A DNA stretch of 64,000 nucleotides, taken from positions 320,001-384,000 of the forward strand of contig CAWHAE010000014.1 in the NCBI GenBank assembly GCA_963827235.1. Direction: 5' to 3'. Below the pieces are notes generated by a model that was not told where the DNA came from, made no database searches, and saw only the letters and a list, made by a program, of their open reading frames with translations. How positions within the stretch are numbered: position 1 is the first letter of the stretch; each line of letters opens with the position of its first letter. This document shows, piece by piece, positions 52,976 to 63,694 of this stretch. Position numbers and translations under genes: made by a program. Source of the DNA: an uncultured bacterium. Lineage in GTDB: Bacteria > Chloroflexota > UBA5177 > JANWHV01.

Positions 52976-54376
52976 TCAGTCGTGCTGTCCCCTGGTCGCA
53001 CGCGGCTGAGAGGCAATACTCTCCATCCCGGCGCCGAACCACTTCGGGTCATAGCTGATGTTGCCTCGCACGAGCACCCGCAGGAATGTGCGCGTGATCA
53101 TGATCGCCGTGAACATTGAGACGGCAACGCCGATGCCCAGCGTGGTGGCAAAACCCGCGATAGTCGTGGCACCGTAGTTCTGGCCGAACCAGTACAGCAC
53201 GCAGCAGGTGATGATCGTGCTGACGTTCGAGTCGCGGATACTGGTCCACGCACGGTTGAATCCGGCCTCGATGGCAGCACCAAGCGTCTTCCCGGAGCGC
53301 AGCTCCTCTTTCAGTCGCTCAAAGATCAGTATGTTGGCGTCGACCGCCATGCCGATGGAGAGTATGAACCCGCCTATGCCCGCCAGGGTGAGCGTGATGC
53401 CGCTCGCGCCGCTGCCGCTGAATGGCCAGAGCTTGAACACGGCGACAGAAAGCGACGTGTAGATGAGCAGTGCAAGGTCCGCCAGCAGGCCGGGCAGCCT
53501 GTAGTTCATGACCATGAAGAACATCACGACGAGCATGCCGACGATGGCGGCCTTGACGCTGTCGTTGACATATTGGGACCCCAGCGTGGCGCTGATCTGG
53601 CTGCTGGCCTCGGCGGTAAACGCGATCGGCAAGGCACCATACTTGAGCCGGATTGCTATCGCCTTGGCCGTGTCGCTGCTGCCGATGTTGTTGATCTCGC
53701 CGTTGCCGCCGGTGATCGCCGACTGGATCTTCGGGTCAGTGACCACCTTGCCGTCGAGCACGAAGGCCATGTACTCGCCGACGTGATCAGTGGTGTAGGA
53801 AGAAAGCCGTCCACTGGCACCGCCCTTGGCGCCGAAGGTCACGATCGGCTGCCCGTACTGGTCGAAGGTCGAGCTGATCTGGCTGGAATCGAGCTCGTTG
53901 CCCTTCATGACGACGCAGGGAGTGGGGGCGTTCTTGGCGTCGCACAGCGTCGATGTGTTCGAGTATGGGAATGTGGCACCATCCTGGAGCACCGTCAGGC
54001 TGCCCATGCCGTACAGCACGAGCTCGCCGGTGCTGCCGATAGTCTGCCGCACCACCTCCGGGTCCCTCACGCCCGGCATCTCTACGTCGATAGCGTCGGT
54101 TCCCAGCTGCGTCACGATCGGCTCGGACACGCCGAACGCATTGACGCGCTTGGTAATGATGTCTATTGCCGCGCTCATGGCGTCGCTCGTGGCTGCTTTC
54201 GAGTTGCGTGCTTTGAGCTCCATGCTGAGGCCGCCGGTCAGGTCAAGGCCCTGGTGGATCGCGGTGCCGTGTCCAAACACCGTGAACTTGCCTGCCGTGC
54301 CCGCCAGATCCGCCAGGACGGCAGCAATCGTCAGCAGGATAATCCCGATCAGAGCTAAGTTAGCGTGTTGACGCAT
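52976..54376 (-). CDS. secD: Protein translocase subunit SecD
   Basis: GLDLTGG, RVNAFGVSEP, GALP, IGMAVDANILIFER.KEE, IRDSN. Confidence 0.96.
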   Translation of the reverse strand: MRQHANLALIGIILLTIAAVLADLAGTAGKFTVFGHGTAIHQGLDLTGGLSMELKARNSKAATSDAMSAAIDIITKRVNAFGVSEPIVTQLGTDAIDVEMPGVRDPEVVRQTIGSTGELVLYGMGSLTVLQDGATFPYSNTSTLCDAKNAPTPCVVMKGNELDSSQISSTFDQYGQPIVTFGAKGGASGRLSSYTTDHVGEYMAFVLDGKVVTDPKIQSAITGGNGEINNIGSSDTAKAIAIRLKYGALPIAFTAEASSQISATLGSQYVNDSVKAAIVGMLVVMFFMVMNYRLPGLLADLALLIYTSLSVAVFKLWPFSGSGASGITLTLAGIGGFILSIGMAVDANILIFERLKEELRSGKTLGAAIEAGFNRAWTSIRDSNVSTIITCCVLYWFGQNYGATTIAGFATTLGIGVAVSMFTAIMITRTFLRVLVRGNISYDPKWFGAGMESIASQPRATRGQHD

Positions 54377-54492
54377 ACGTGTACCTCTCAGTCTTCATCG
54401 CAGGAAACATGGACTGGGCCGGCCCGCTTCGCCGCACGGGCTGCGTGCCGCGGCGCGGCCGGTCGCGATCGCGTGCCTGGAGGGGATGAAAA

Positions 54493-54936
54493 CTAGGGAG
54501 CGCGTATGCGCGGCGGCGACTTGGCAGCGGAGGACGAAGGCACGACCTGAGACGCCGCCACCAGTGCTCTGTTCGTAGTACTGCCGGCGGTGTCCGAGGA
54601 CTTGTCGCCAAGCAACTGGACCGATCGCGGATCCCTCGCCCTGGGAGTGCGAGCAGGAGCGATGGCCGGAGCGGCGTCCAGCGATCGAAGGTGAGAGCCA
54701 TCCTGCTCGGGGCTTGAGAGCCCGGCCGAAGGCAGCAACAACGTCTGGCCGTCAATTGCCCCGGTGCTGATTGCCGATCGGGCCTGAGACACGTCCGACT
54801 GAAGCGCGGGCTGGACCGGAGCTTGCGCGAGATCGCGCGCACCGGCAATAGCGCCCACGCCGCCGCTGCCGGCGTGAAGCGAGGCGACGAAGATGGCGAG
54901 CGCGCGCACTAACGACGATACGGACCGCACACGCAT
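54493..54936 (-). CDS. Putative secDF leader (translation-arrest) peptide with N-terminal signal
   Basis: MRVRSVSSLVRALAIFVASLHA signal-like N-terminus; Ser/Ala/Pro linker; ends PPRIRAP*; CATAAT and GAGGTG upstream; 116 nt before secD. Confidence 0.65.
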   Translation of the reverse strand: MRVRSVSSLVRALAIFVASLHAGSGGVGAIAGARDLAQAPVQPALQSDVSQARSAISTGAIDGQTLLLPSAGLSSPEQDGSHLRSLDAAPAIAPARTPRARDPRSVQLLGDKSSDTAGSTTNRALVAASQVVPSSSAAKSPPRIRAP

Positions 54937-55056
54937 CAGGCTACTGTCACCTCGAGATTATGCTGCAGGCAGCCGGCACAGGCTGCCGAATGAGCACTCA
55001 CTAGTATCTTGGTCCAGGTGCCCGCGTGTCAAACGCGCAGAGCCCGTGGGGCGCCT

Positions 55057-55896
55057 TCACGGACGGTCGGTATACTCCACGCCGCGCAGCCTGCGTGACC
55101 TGGGACGCGGCGACGCAGGGCCCGCGTCGACGTCTGCGCCCACCCCGCCGCGAAAGTCGCGCGAATCAATGGTCACGCAGGTGCTAATCACAGGGTCCGA
55201 CATGCGAGAGGCGAGACGGCCGCCGATCTCGTCCAGCGAGCTATTCGTGGTGATCACCGTGGGCAGGCGATAGATGTAGCGGTGATTGAAAAGCTGATAG
55301 AGCTTCTCGGTCGCCCACTGCGTGCTGATCTGAGTACCCAGGTCATCAAGAATGAGGAGCTGAGCCTGGCGGACACCCTCGAAAAAGTCGTCGTAATCGA
55401 GCTCGCTTCCGGGCGCGTAGGCAGAACGCAAGTGGTCGAGCAGATCCGGAACGACCATGAACAGTGCCGGCTCTCCGATCGAGAGCCTGTAGTTGCCGAT
55501 AGCCGCGGCCAGATGGGTCTTCCCTGTCCCGTACCCTCCCATGATCACCAGCCACCCGTCAGGGCTGAGAGCGTACTGCTGGGCACGTTTGTGAGCATTC
55601 TGCTGCGGTGAGTCGACGATAAAGGACTCGAAGGTCATGCCGGCGAGAGCTCGCAAGTTGGATTTTTCCAGCAGTCGCTGCATCCGGCGCTCCGCTATCT
55701 CGCGCTCCTTGCAGGTGCAGGGCACGATACTGCCGAAGCGCGGATCGTCTACCGGCACGTCCAGGCGCAGGTACCCGGCACCGCGGCACTGGGCGCAAAC
55801 CGGAGTGAGGTCACGACTGGACGACGTGACCGTATCGGCCCCCGGTGTATTTCTCCGGATCTCCAGGCGCTTCAGGATGTCGCCGATCGATTCCAC
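55057..55896 (-). CDS. DnaC/DnaI (IstB-like) helicase loader AAA+ ATPase
   Basis: CAQCRG..Y...VPCTC zinc site, GGYGTGKTHLAAAI, LILDDLG, LFNHRY, TVITTN, RLASR; downstream of dnaB and dnaD. Confidence 0.88.
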   Translation of the reverse strand: MESIGDILKRLEIRRNTPGADTVTSSSRDLTPVCAQCRGAGYLRLDVPVDDPRFGSIVPCTCKEREIAERRMQRLLEKSNLRALAGMTFESFIVDSPQQNAHKRAQQYALSPDGWLVIMGGYGTGKTHLAAAIGNYRLSIGEPALFMVVPDLLDHLRSAYAPGSELDYDDFFEGVRQAQLLILDDLGTQISTQWATEKLYQLFNHRYIYRLPTVITTNSSLDEIGGRLASRMSDPVISTCVTIDSRDFRGGVGADVDAGPASPRPRSRRLRGVEYTDRP

Positions 55897-56545
55897 TGGA
55901 CTTCCCTTCAGCCTCCCACCGCTTGAGTATCGCTCCGACGTACGCCCAGTTGCGCTTGTTCTGCTCCACGGCCAGACGCATCGCGTCCCCGATCCACTCG
56001 GGCGGATAGCTGAGCTCCGCGTCGCGCAGCCGATCCGCAATTAGCGGAGTGAGCACGCCGATATTCCGCTCATATAATGTAAAGATATTTGGTCGATAGA
56101 TGCGAACCACCTCGACCGGCCCGGTATCCGCGCCGACCACCTCGGACGGGTCTATCTCCTCGCGCCGGAGACGCTCGATTGCCTCGCGGCTAACCGGCGT
56201 ATTGATCAGGTACCAGCGCTGCAGTTCCTTCTCGGACCTACCGAGCGAGACCAGGAGCACGGTGCCTCGGGTGACGGCAAGCTCCAGGCCTTCACGGAGG
56301 TAATCCTCGGCAGCACGCGGCCCCAAGCGCGGCTTCAGCGAGCGGAGCAGCACGTGGTCGGCTTGCAGCTCTTCGAGCGACATTGCCTTGGGCAGTCCTT
56401 TGCGCCGCGCCAGGCGCCAAAACAGATGGAGCGTCACTTTAAGCTCGACGAGCGATTCGATCTCGGGAAGCAAGATACTGAAAAACGCATCCGGCACCGG
56501 CGTGTTCGGCGCCCTGCTCGGGTAGAAGCCTGCGAAGCCGCTCAT
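55811..56545 (-). CDS. DnaD domain protein
   Basis: TPVPDAFFSILLPEI..L.ELKV.L, NIFTLYERNIG.LTP, WI..A...AV..NKRNWAYV.AIL.RW. Confidence 0.88.
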   Translation of the reverse strand: MSGFAGFYPSRAPNTPVPDAFFSILLPEIESLVELKVTLHLFWRLARRKGLPKAMSLEELQADHVLLRSLKPRLGPRAAEDYLREGLELAVTRGTVLLVSLGRSEKELQRWYLINTPVSREAIERLRREEIDPSEVVGADTGPVEVVRIYRPNIFTLYERNIGVLTPLIADRLRDAELSYPPEWIGDAMRLAVEQNKRNWAYVGAILKRWEAEGKSSGIDRRHPEAPGDPEKYTGGRYGHVVQS

Positions 56546-57891
56546 AGAGGCGTCCGAGCCTCGAGATCTCGGAATCTCGTCTGTACCTTGTCGAAATAGA
56601 GCGACAGCTGACCGGTCGGGCCGTTGCGGTGCTTGGCAACGTAGAGGTCCGCGATGTGCTGTTTCTCGGTCTCGGGATCGTACATCTCTTCGCGACACAG
56701 GAAGATGACGACGTCTGCGTCCTGCTCGATGCTTCCGCTCTCGCGCAAATCGGAGAGCAGAGGGACGTGAGAGGTCCGCGAGTCGACGCCGCGCGACACC
56801 TGCGAAAGCGCCACCACCGGCACGTTCAACTCCCGCGCCAGGACCTTGAGCGCGCGAGAGATGCCGCTGATCTCCTGCACGCGGTTCTCGGAGGCACGAC
56901 CCGACATGAGCTGCAAGTAGTCGACCACGATCAAGTCCAGCCCTTGCTCTGCCTGCAGCCTGCGAGCACGATTGCGCATCTCCGCGGGCGTGATGCCGGC
57001 CGAATCGTCGATGAAGATCTTGGTTTCGGAAAGCACGCCGGCCGCTTCGATCAGTCTGCCCCATTCGGACTCGTCAATGTAGCCCGAGCGCAGGCGCCCG
57101 CTGTCCAGTCGCCCTTGCATGCACAGGAGACGCTGCACGAGCTGTTCCTTCGACATTTCGAGGCTGAATAGCGCGATCCGATGCTTGAAGCGCACGGCCG
57201 CGTTATGGCACATGCCCAGCGCAAGTGCCGTCTTGCCGTGTGCCGGTCGTGCGCCAACGATGATCAGATCGGAGCGCTGCAGGCCGCCGAGAATCTTGTC
57301 GAGATCGACGAATCCCGTGGGCGTGCCGAGGATGGCACCTCGGTGCTCGTGGACATAATCGGCCTGTTCGAGTATGGTGGTCAATACCTCGCGGATCGGC
57401 ACGAAGCCGGCGCTGTTCCGGCCCTGGGAAACGGCGAAGAGCGTCTCCTCGGCGTCGTTCAGCGCCTCCTCGACTTCGACGCCATCACGTTGCGCGATGC
57501 TGATGATCTGCCCGCCGGCGCGGATCAGTCTGCGTAGCACCGCCAATCGCTCGACGATACGCGCGTAATGCTCCGCGTGCAGGGAGGTGGCGACCACGTC
57601 CACCAGCGACAGCACATACCCCCGCCCCCCGGACCGCTGGAGGAGGTCGCGTCGCTCGACCTCCTCCAGCACGGTGATCACGTCGACGGGCCGGCGCTGT
57701 TCGTACAGGTCTACCATGACGCGGTAGATCACCGCGTGCGCGTCGTGGGCAAAGTCATCCGGCCGCAGGATGGCAGTTATCTCGATAATGGCGTCGGGAT
57801 CGAGAAGCAGACTGCCAAGAACGGCCTGTTCGGCTTCAAGACTGCGCGGTAGGTGCTCTTCGCCTCCAGCCGCCAGTGTCTCCGTGATCAA
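56542..57891 (-). CDS. dnaB: Replicative DNA helicase
   Basis: EAEQAVLG, GARPAHGKT, FSLEMS, VDYLQL, LSQVSR, SDLRESGSIEQDAD, KHRNGPTG. Confidence 0.98.
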   Translation of the reverse strand: MITETLAAGGEEHLPRSLEAEQAVLGSLLLDPDAIIEITAILRPDDFAHDAHAVIYRVMVDLYEQRRPVDVITVLEEVERRDLLQRSGGRGYVLSLVDVVATSLHAEHYARIVERLAVLRRLIRAGGQIISIAQRDGVEVEEALNDAEETLFAVSQGRNSAGFVPIREVLTTILEQADYVHEHRGAILGTPTGFVDLDKILGGLQRSDLIIVGARPAHGKTALALGMCHNAAVRFKHRIALFSLEMSKEQLVQRLLCMQGRLDSGRLRSGYIDESEWGRLIEAAGVLSETKIFIDDSAGITPAEMRNRARRLQAEQGLDLIVVDYLQLMSGRASENRVQEISGISRALKVLARELNVPVVALSQVSRGVDSRTSHVPLLSDLRESGSIEQDADVVIFLCREEMYDPETEKQHIADLYVAKHRNGPTGQLSLYFDKVQTRFRDLEARTPL

Positions 57892-58346
57892 GCGGAGGCC
57901 GCCTCCTGCAGCGTGACGTTGATAGCTGCCTTAACGTCGTGCCCCAACCGCACCGGAACGGTGTAGCTGCCCAGTGTCTTCAACGCGTCGGGAAGATCGA
58001 TGTCTCGGCGGTCGATTGTGATCTCGGCGGCTCGAGCGAGCTCGTCGGCGATGTCTTTGCTCGTGATGGACCCATACAGGCGATTCTGCTCGCCCACTCG
58101 CACCTGGAACACGAGCGACACCCCGGCTAGGCGAGCGGCCAGGCCTTCTGCGTCCGTCCGTGCCTTCTCCTGAGATTTGGCAATCTGCGAGCGACGAGCC
58201 TCGAGGGACTTCAGCTCCCCGGCCGTGGCAAGCACCGCGAGGCCCTGAGGCACCAGGTAATTGCGCATGTACCCGGGCGAGACTTCCTTGAGCTCCCCCG
58301 CCTTACCCAGGTTTGCCACGTCTTTCTGCAGCACCACACGTACCAT
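57888..58346 (-). CDS. rplI: 50S ribosomal protein L9
   Basis: VVLQKDVANLGKAG..KEV.PGYMRNYLVPQG, RLYGSIT, KTLG. Confidence 0.97.
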   Translation of the reverse strand: MVRVVLQKDVANLGKAGELKEVSPGYMRNYLVPQGLAVLATAGELKSLEARRSQIAKSQEKARTDAEGLAARLAGVSLVFQVRVGEQNRLYGSITSKDIADELARAAEITIDRRDIDLPDALKTLGSYTVPVRLGHDVKAAINVTLQEAASA

Positions 58347-58595
58347 GCCTGCCAACTCCTAACCGACATTGTCTGCAATGAGGGTATGCCGGTAAACAAC
58401 GTTACCCACGGCATGCCCGCGAACATCTACAACGCTACAGTGTACCCGAGGGTAGAATCGGGCGTGGAGCGCGTTCAGGCCGCCGGGTCACCGGAGAGCG
58501 CGTCACGTCCGCCCGCTTGCCTTCCGGGGCCTGCGCTCCAACCGGCTCGGTTGTGGAAAAAATAATCTCACTCGCGCTCTGATAGAAGGCATCTA

Positions 58596-58624
58596 TTGAC
58601 ATTCGTCGGGTTCGGGTATATAGT
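58596..58624 (+). promoter_or_regulatory. Sigma-70/A promoter
   Basis: TTGACA-17 nt-TATAGT upstream of the isomerase gene. Confidence 0.65.
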
Positions 58625-58781
58625 CTCGATGGTCGTTCGAGCGGCACCGTGCGCCCGTGAGATGAGCCTCCGATGGCGTCGCACGCATGAGGACTCCGGT
58701 GTTCGGTGCGGGCGGTCGTGTCCCGTTGTTGTTTATCACTGCATAGTGACGGTGACTAGCTCACTCTTGTTAGGAGAGACC

Positions 58782-60248
<1,467 letters not shown>

Positions 60249-60651
60249 CGAGCGAGACGCAGCCGGAGTGATCTGTTCGTCGCCCTGTGAGACGGTTGGC
60301 CCGCGAAGCGTCGACACGCTACGACAAGGTATGACAAGCAGACCCGCATTACCGGGCACTGCGTTACAATCAGCCAGGCAGTAGTGTGAGAAGAGGTGCC
60401 GGACCGAAGGTAATCAGCGAGCAGGCAGCGCCAGCGACCGGCCAGCATGTGGAATCATCGTCGGAGCTACGCGCTCCATTGAACGCCACGTGACGACTCT
60501 TACCTAGGACGTGGTAGGCCGCCAGCCCGACGCAGCGTCGTAGCATGAGGGGGGTGCGCATGAGCGCAAGATGCAACCCGCCGGGTGGACGCTTGCTGCG
60601 AGTGTGCCTGACCACCCTGTCCCGGCGCGGTGCACTGCGCGATGCAGCAGG

Positions 60652-62775
60652 ATGGGTACGATCGTGAGTGTCCTGTGGTCCTACGTGCGCTTTGTCGGTA
60701 GCTCGCCGCGACTGATCCTTCAACTGGCTCTGAGCCTGCTGTTCGCCGCACTCGTCGGCGGCGTCTGCCTGGCCGGCCTGAACGCGGCGCAGGACAGGGT
60801 GATCACCGTGCCCACCGCCGGGATACCGACCCTGATCCATGCCGTCGAGTCCGACCGCATCGCGGAACGCCTGGGACTCGACTTGGTCGTGGCTGCAAGC
60901 GATTCCAATGCGGCGACCCGCGCACACGTAGACATGCCGCAAGTACTGGAAGATATCCGCTCGGCCTGGCAGCAACTGCAGCAGTACGACCCGCGAAGCC
61001 TTCGCGCGGACGGCCAGACAGCGCTGCTCGCGCGCGCCAACGCCCTCTTTCGCCAGGGACAGACGATGGCCAACCAAGCTGCCGCGCTTGACCGCACGGC
61101 AAAGGGGCGGCCAGAGAGCCAGCGCCTCCTGCACCAGATCGGAGGCGCCAGCGTCTTTCCGTTGCATCAGCAACTGGTATCACTCATCGCCCTGGACGAG
61201 GCCGCGGTAGCCCAGACCGGCAACGAGACCGCCTCGTGGCTGCAGGTCACGTCCTGGCGCGTTGTGGCCGCCGTTCTGCTTTCCGTGCTGACTGTCGACG
61301 CACTGTACGTGGTCATGGCAGCAAGAGAATACCGCCGCCGGACCACAACGCAGGAGATGGCAGACATGGTAGCGTTCGTGGACGGGCCGGGCGCTATCCG
61401 CTACGTAAGTCCGACCTTCGAGCAGGCGTTGGGTCGCCCCGCTGCCGCGGTGCTGAACCACCCCGTCCTCGAGTATGTGCATCCGGGCGACGCCGAGGCC
61501 GCCCGTGCGGCACTCGAGGGGCGCTGCAACAATCAGACCGATCCGACCGAGCGCGAGCTCCGAATCCACCACGCCGACGGTTCCTATCGTTGGCTGGCCG
61601 TCACAGCAGTCAGCAAGCTTCAGGACCCCCTTATCCGCGCTATCGTGGTGACCTGCCACGACGTCACGGCGCGCAAAGAGGCGGAAAGGGCGCTGCAGAC
61701 CAGCGAGGCGCGCCTGCGCACTGTGATCGCGCACGCCCCGATTCTGGTCTTCGCCCTGGACGGCGCCGGCCGCTTCACCCTTCTGGAGGGCGGGTCGCTA
61801 AGCGGGAGCGAGGACGTGCCGCGACCCTCCATGGGACAGTCGATTCAGGAATGGCTCCAGGAGGTGTCCGCCCAGCCCAGCGTCCGGGAGCGCGTACAGC
61901 GCGGCGAGGCGGTCTCCACCGATGTCACCGTGGGCGAGCAGGTATTCGACGTGTGGTGGTCGCCCGCTGCCGCGGACGAAGATGCCGAGGGTCAGGTGGG
62001 CACCGGCGTAGCCGTGGACGTGACCGACCGCGTACTGGCCCAACGAGAGGCGGACCGCGCGCGAACGACAGCCGAGGAGCTCGCTCGCCTGCGCAGCGAC
62101 TTCGTAGCCTCGATCAGCCATGAGCTGCGCACACCGCTGACGGCAATCGTCGGTTATGGCGAGCTCCTGCAGGCACACTGGGACCAGCTTGGCGACGCGA
62201 TGCGCAGGGACCGTCTGGGGCGCATCGTGGCCGCGGCCAACCGCCAGAAACGGCTGGTAGACGACCTCTTGTTGGTCTCCCGGCTGGACACACAGCGGCT
62301 CTCGCTGCGTGTGCAGGCGGTGCACCTGGCGAGCGTGATCGACCGCGCAGCACAGGAGATCGCCGGTGCCTATGCCCAGCAGCGATTCGAGCTGCTCGGT
62401 CCAGCAGAGCTGCAGGCGCGGGCGGACCCGGATCGCACGGCGCAGATCATTGCCAACTTGCTGGACAACGCGGCCAAATACTCCCACGAAGGCACTCGGA
62501 TCACGGTGACCTGGCAAGGTGCAGGCGACGCAGTGGTAGTGCGGGTCGCCGACCAAGGCAGCGGCATTCCGGAGGCGAGCCGGGAATTGCTGTTCACGCG
62601 GTTCGGCCGGGTGCCCGGTAGCCAGGTGAGATCCGGCCACGTAGGTACTGGCCTGGGTCTCTACCTGGGCAGAGATTTGGCTCGCGCCATGGGCGGCGAT
62701 CTCGAAGTGGAGAGCACTGGGCCGGAAGGGACGGTCTTCCGCTTGCGCCTGCCCGCCGTGCTCGCGCCTAGCTAG
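60652..62775 (+). CDS. Membrane sensor histidine kinase with PAS domains
   Basis: Two TM segments flanking a helical sensor; PAS (YVSP...VHPGD...DGSYRW...DVTARK); SHELRTPL, NLLDNAAKY, DQGSGI, GTGLGL; start approximate. Confidence 0.92.
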   Translation: MGTIVSVLWSYVRFVGSSPRLILQLALSLLFAALVGGVCLAGLNAAQDRVITVPTAGIPTLIHAVESDRIAERLGLDLVVAASDSNAATRAHVDMPQVLEDIRSAWQQLQQYDPRSLRADGQTALLARANALFRQGQTMANQAAALDRTAKGRPESQRLLHQIGGASVFPLHQQLVSLIALDEAAVAQTGNETASWLQVTSWRVVAAVLLSVLTVDALYVVMAAREYRRRTTTQEMADMVAFVDGPGAIRYVSPTFEQALGRPAAAVLNHPVLEYVHPGDAEAARAALEGRCNNQTDPTERELRIHHADGSYRWLAVTAVSKLQDPLIRAIVVTCHDVTARKEAERALQTSEARLRTVIAHAPILVFALDGAGRFTLLEGGSLSGSEDVPRPSMGQSIQEWLQEVSAQPSVRERVQRGEAVSTDVTVGEQVFDVWWSPAAADEDAEGQVGTGVAVDVTDRVLAQREADRARTTAEELARLRSDFVASISHELRTPLTAIVGYGELLQAHWDQLGDAMRRDRLGRIVAAANRQKRLVDDLLLVSRLDTQRLSLRVQAVHLASVIDRAAQEIAGAYAQQRFELLGPAELQARADPDRTAQIIANLLDNAAKYSHEGTRITVTWQGAGDAVVVRVADQGSGIPEASRELLFTRFGRVPGSQVRSGHVGTGLGLYLGRDLARAMGGDLEVESTGPEGTVFRLRLPAVLAPS

Positions 62776-63017
62776 CACGACGTGGCACCCGAGCATGGAG
62801 CCTCTGGGCCGGGCATAGCCGAGATCGGGGTCGATCAGTTGCAGGATGTCCCGAAGACACAACGTTGCGGTGGAGCAGGTAGTCTGCCGCGCACGGTGAA
62901 GCCGGATGCTATACTCGGGCCTGAGACCGCAAGGAGGCTATTGGGGCCGGAGCGAGGGCTATTGGTACTCGCCGCGGCCCACAGGTCTGAGCCGGATGCT
63001 CACAGGGAGGAACCAGC

Positions 63018-63437
63018 ATGTTTGGCCACGGAAACGATCAGGCAGCCAATCAAGCGCCGGTGCCGCACGCCGCAACGTCGGACCTCACCGGGCAGGAATT
63101 CTGGCTCGTCAATGACGCCGGCTTCCAGGTGCTCGGCTTGGTGTTGGGCAACTGCGTCTACTCAATGGGCGCCATGCGCAACTGGCTTGCCGGCTTCAAG
63201 GCGAATTTCAAGGGCGAGATCAAAGAAGTTACCCAGCTCATGTATGATGCACGTGAGCTGGCCCTCCAGCGCATGCAGGCCGAAGCGGACGCGCTCGGTG
63301 CGGATACGGTGGTCGGCGTGGAGATCAAGATCGAGTATCTCCACAATGACGAATGGATGGAAGTCACGGCCACGGGCACGGCCGTGCGGAAGTCGGGACC
63401 GGCGCAGCATCGAGCGCAGGTGACCATCCAGGCGTGA
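63018..63437 (+). CDS. YbjQ/UPF0145 (heavy-metal-binding) family protein
   Basis: TSDLTGQEFWL, GEIKEVTQLMYDARELALQRMQAEA..LGAD.VVGV, ATGTAV; SD GGAGG. Confidence 0.88.
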   Translation: MFGHGNDQAANQAPVPHAATSDLTGQEFWLVNDAGFQVLGLVLGNCVYSMGAMRNWLAGFKANFKGEIKEVTQLMYDARELALQRMQAEADALGADTVVGVEIKIEYLHNDEWMEVTATGTAVRKSGPAQHRAQVTIQA

Positions 63438-63665
63438 GCCGCCGGCAGCGCCGCGTGCGAACGTAGCTTGTGCGCCCGCCGGCACCGGCATTGACCAACT
63501 GAACCCGCTGCGACAACTGCCGTCGGAGCCCAGCCTGCTCGGCGGCAGGTAAGGCTACGCCCGCGAGCCAGCGAGCCGCTGAAGTCAGCGCGACCGAGAT
63601 GCCCGGAGATTGGACCAAAGCGCTGCTGCCGCAGAAAATGGAAATGTTTACCGGCCCCGGCCACA

Positions 63666-63694
63666 TTGACCGCGCGCAGGTGACGTGCTATGTT
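63666..63694 (+). promoter_or_regulatory. Putative promoter
   Basis: TTGACC-17 nt-(TGc)TATGTT; a probable gene start at 63924 (SD AAGGAG) runs off the window. Confidence 0.45.

Noticed and set aside
55057-55896. IS21 element (IstB-like ATPase)
   Set aside because: No IstA transposase or terminal inverted repeats; the zinc-binding N-terminus and the dnaB-dnaD context indicate a helicase loader.
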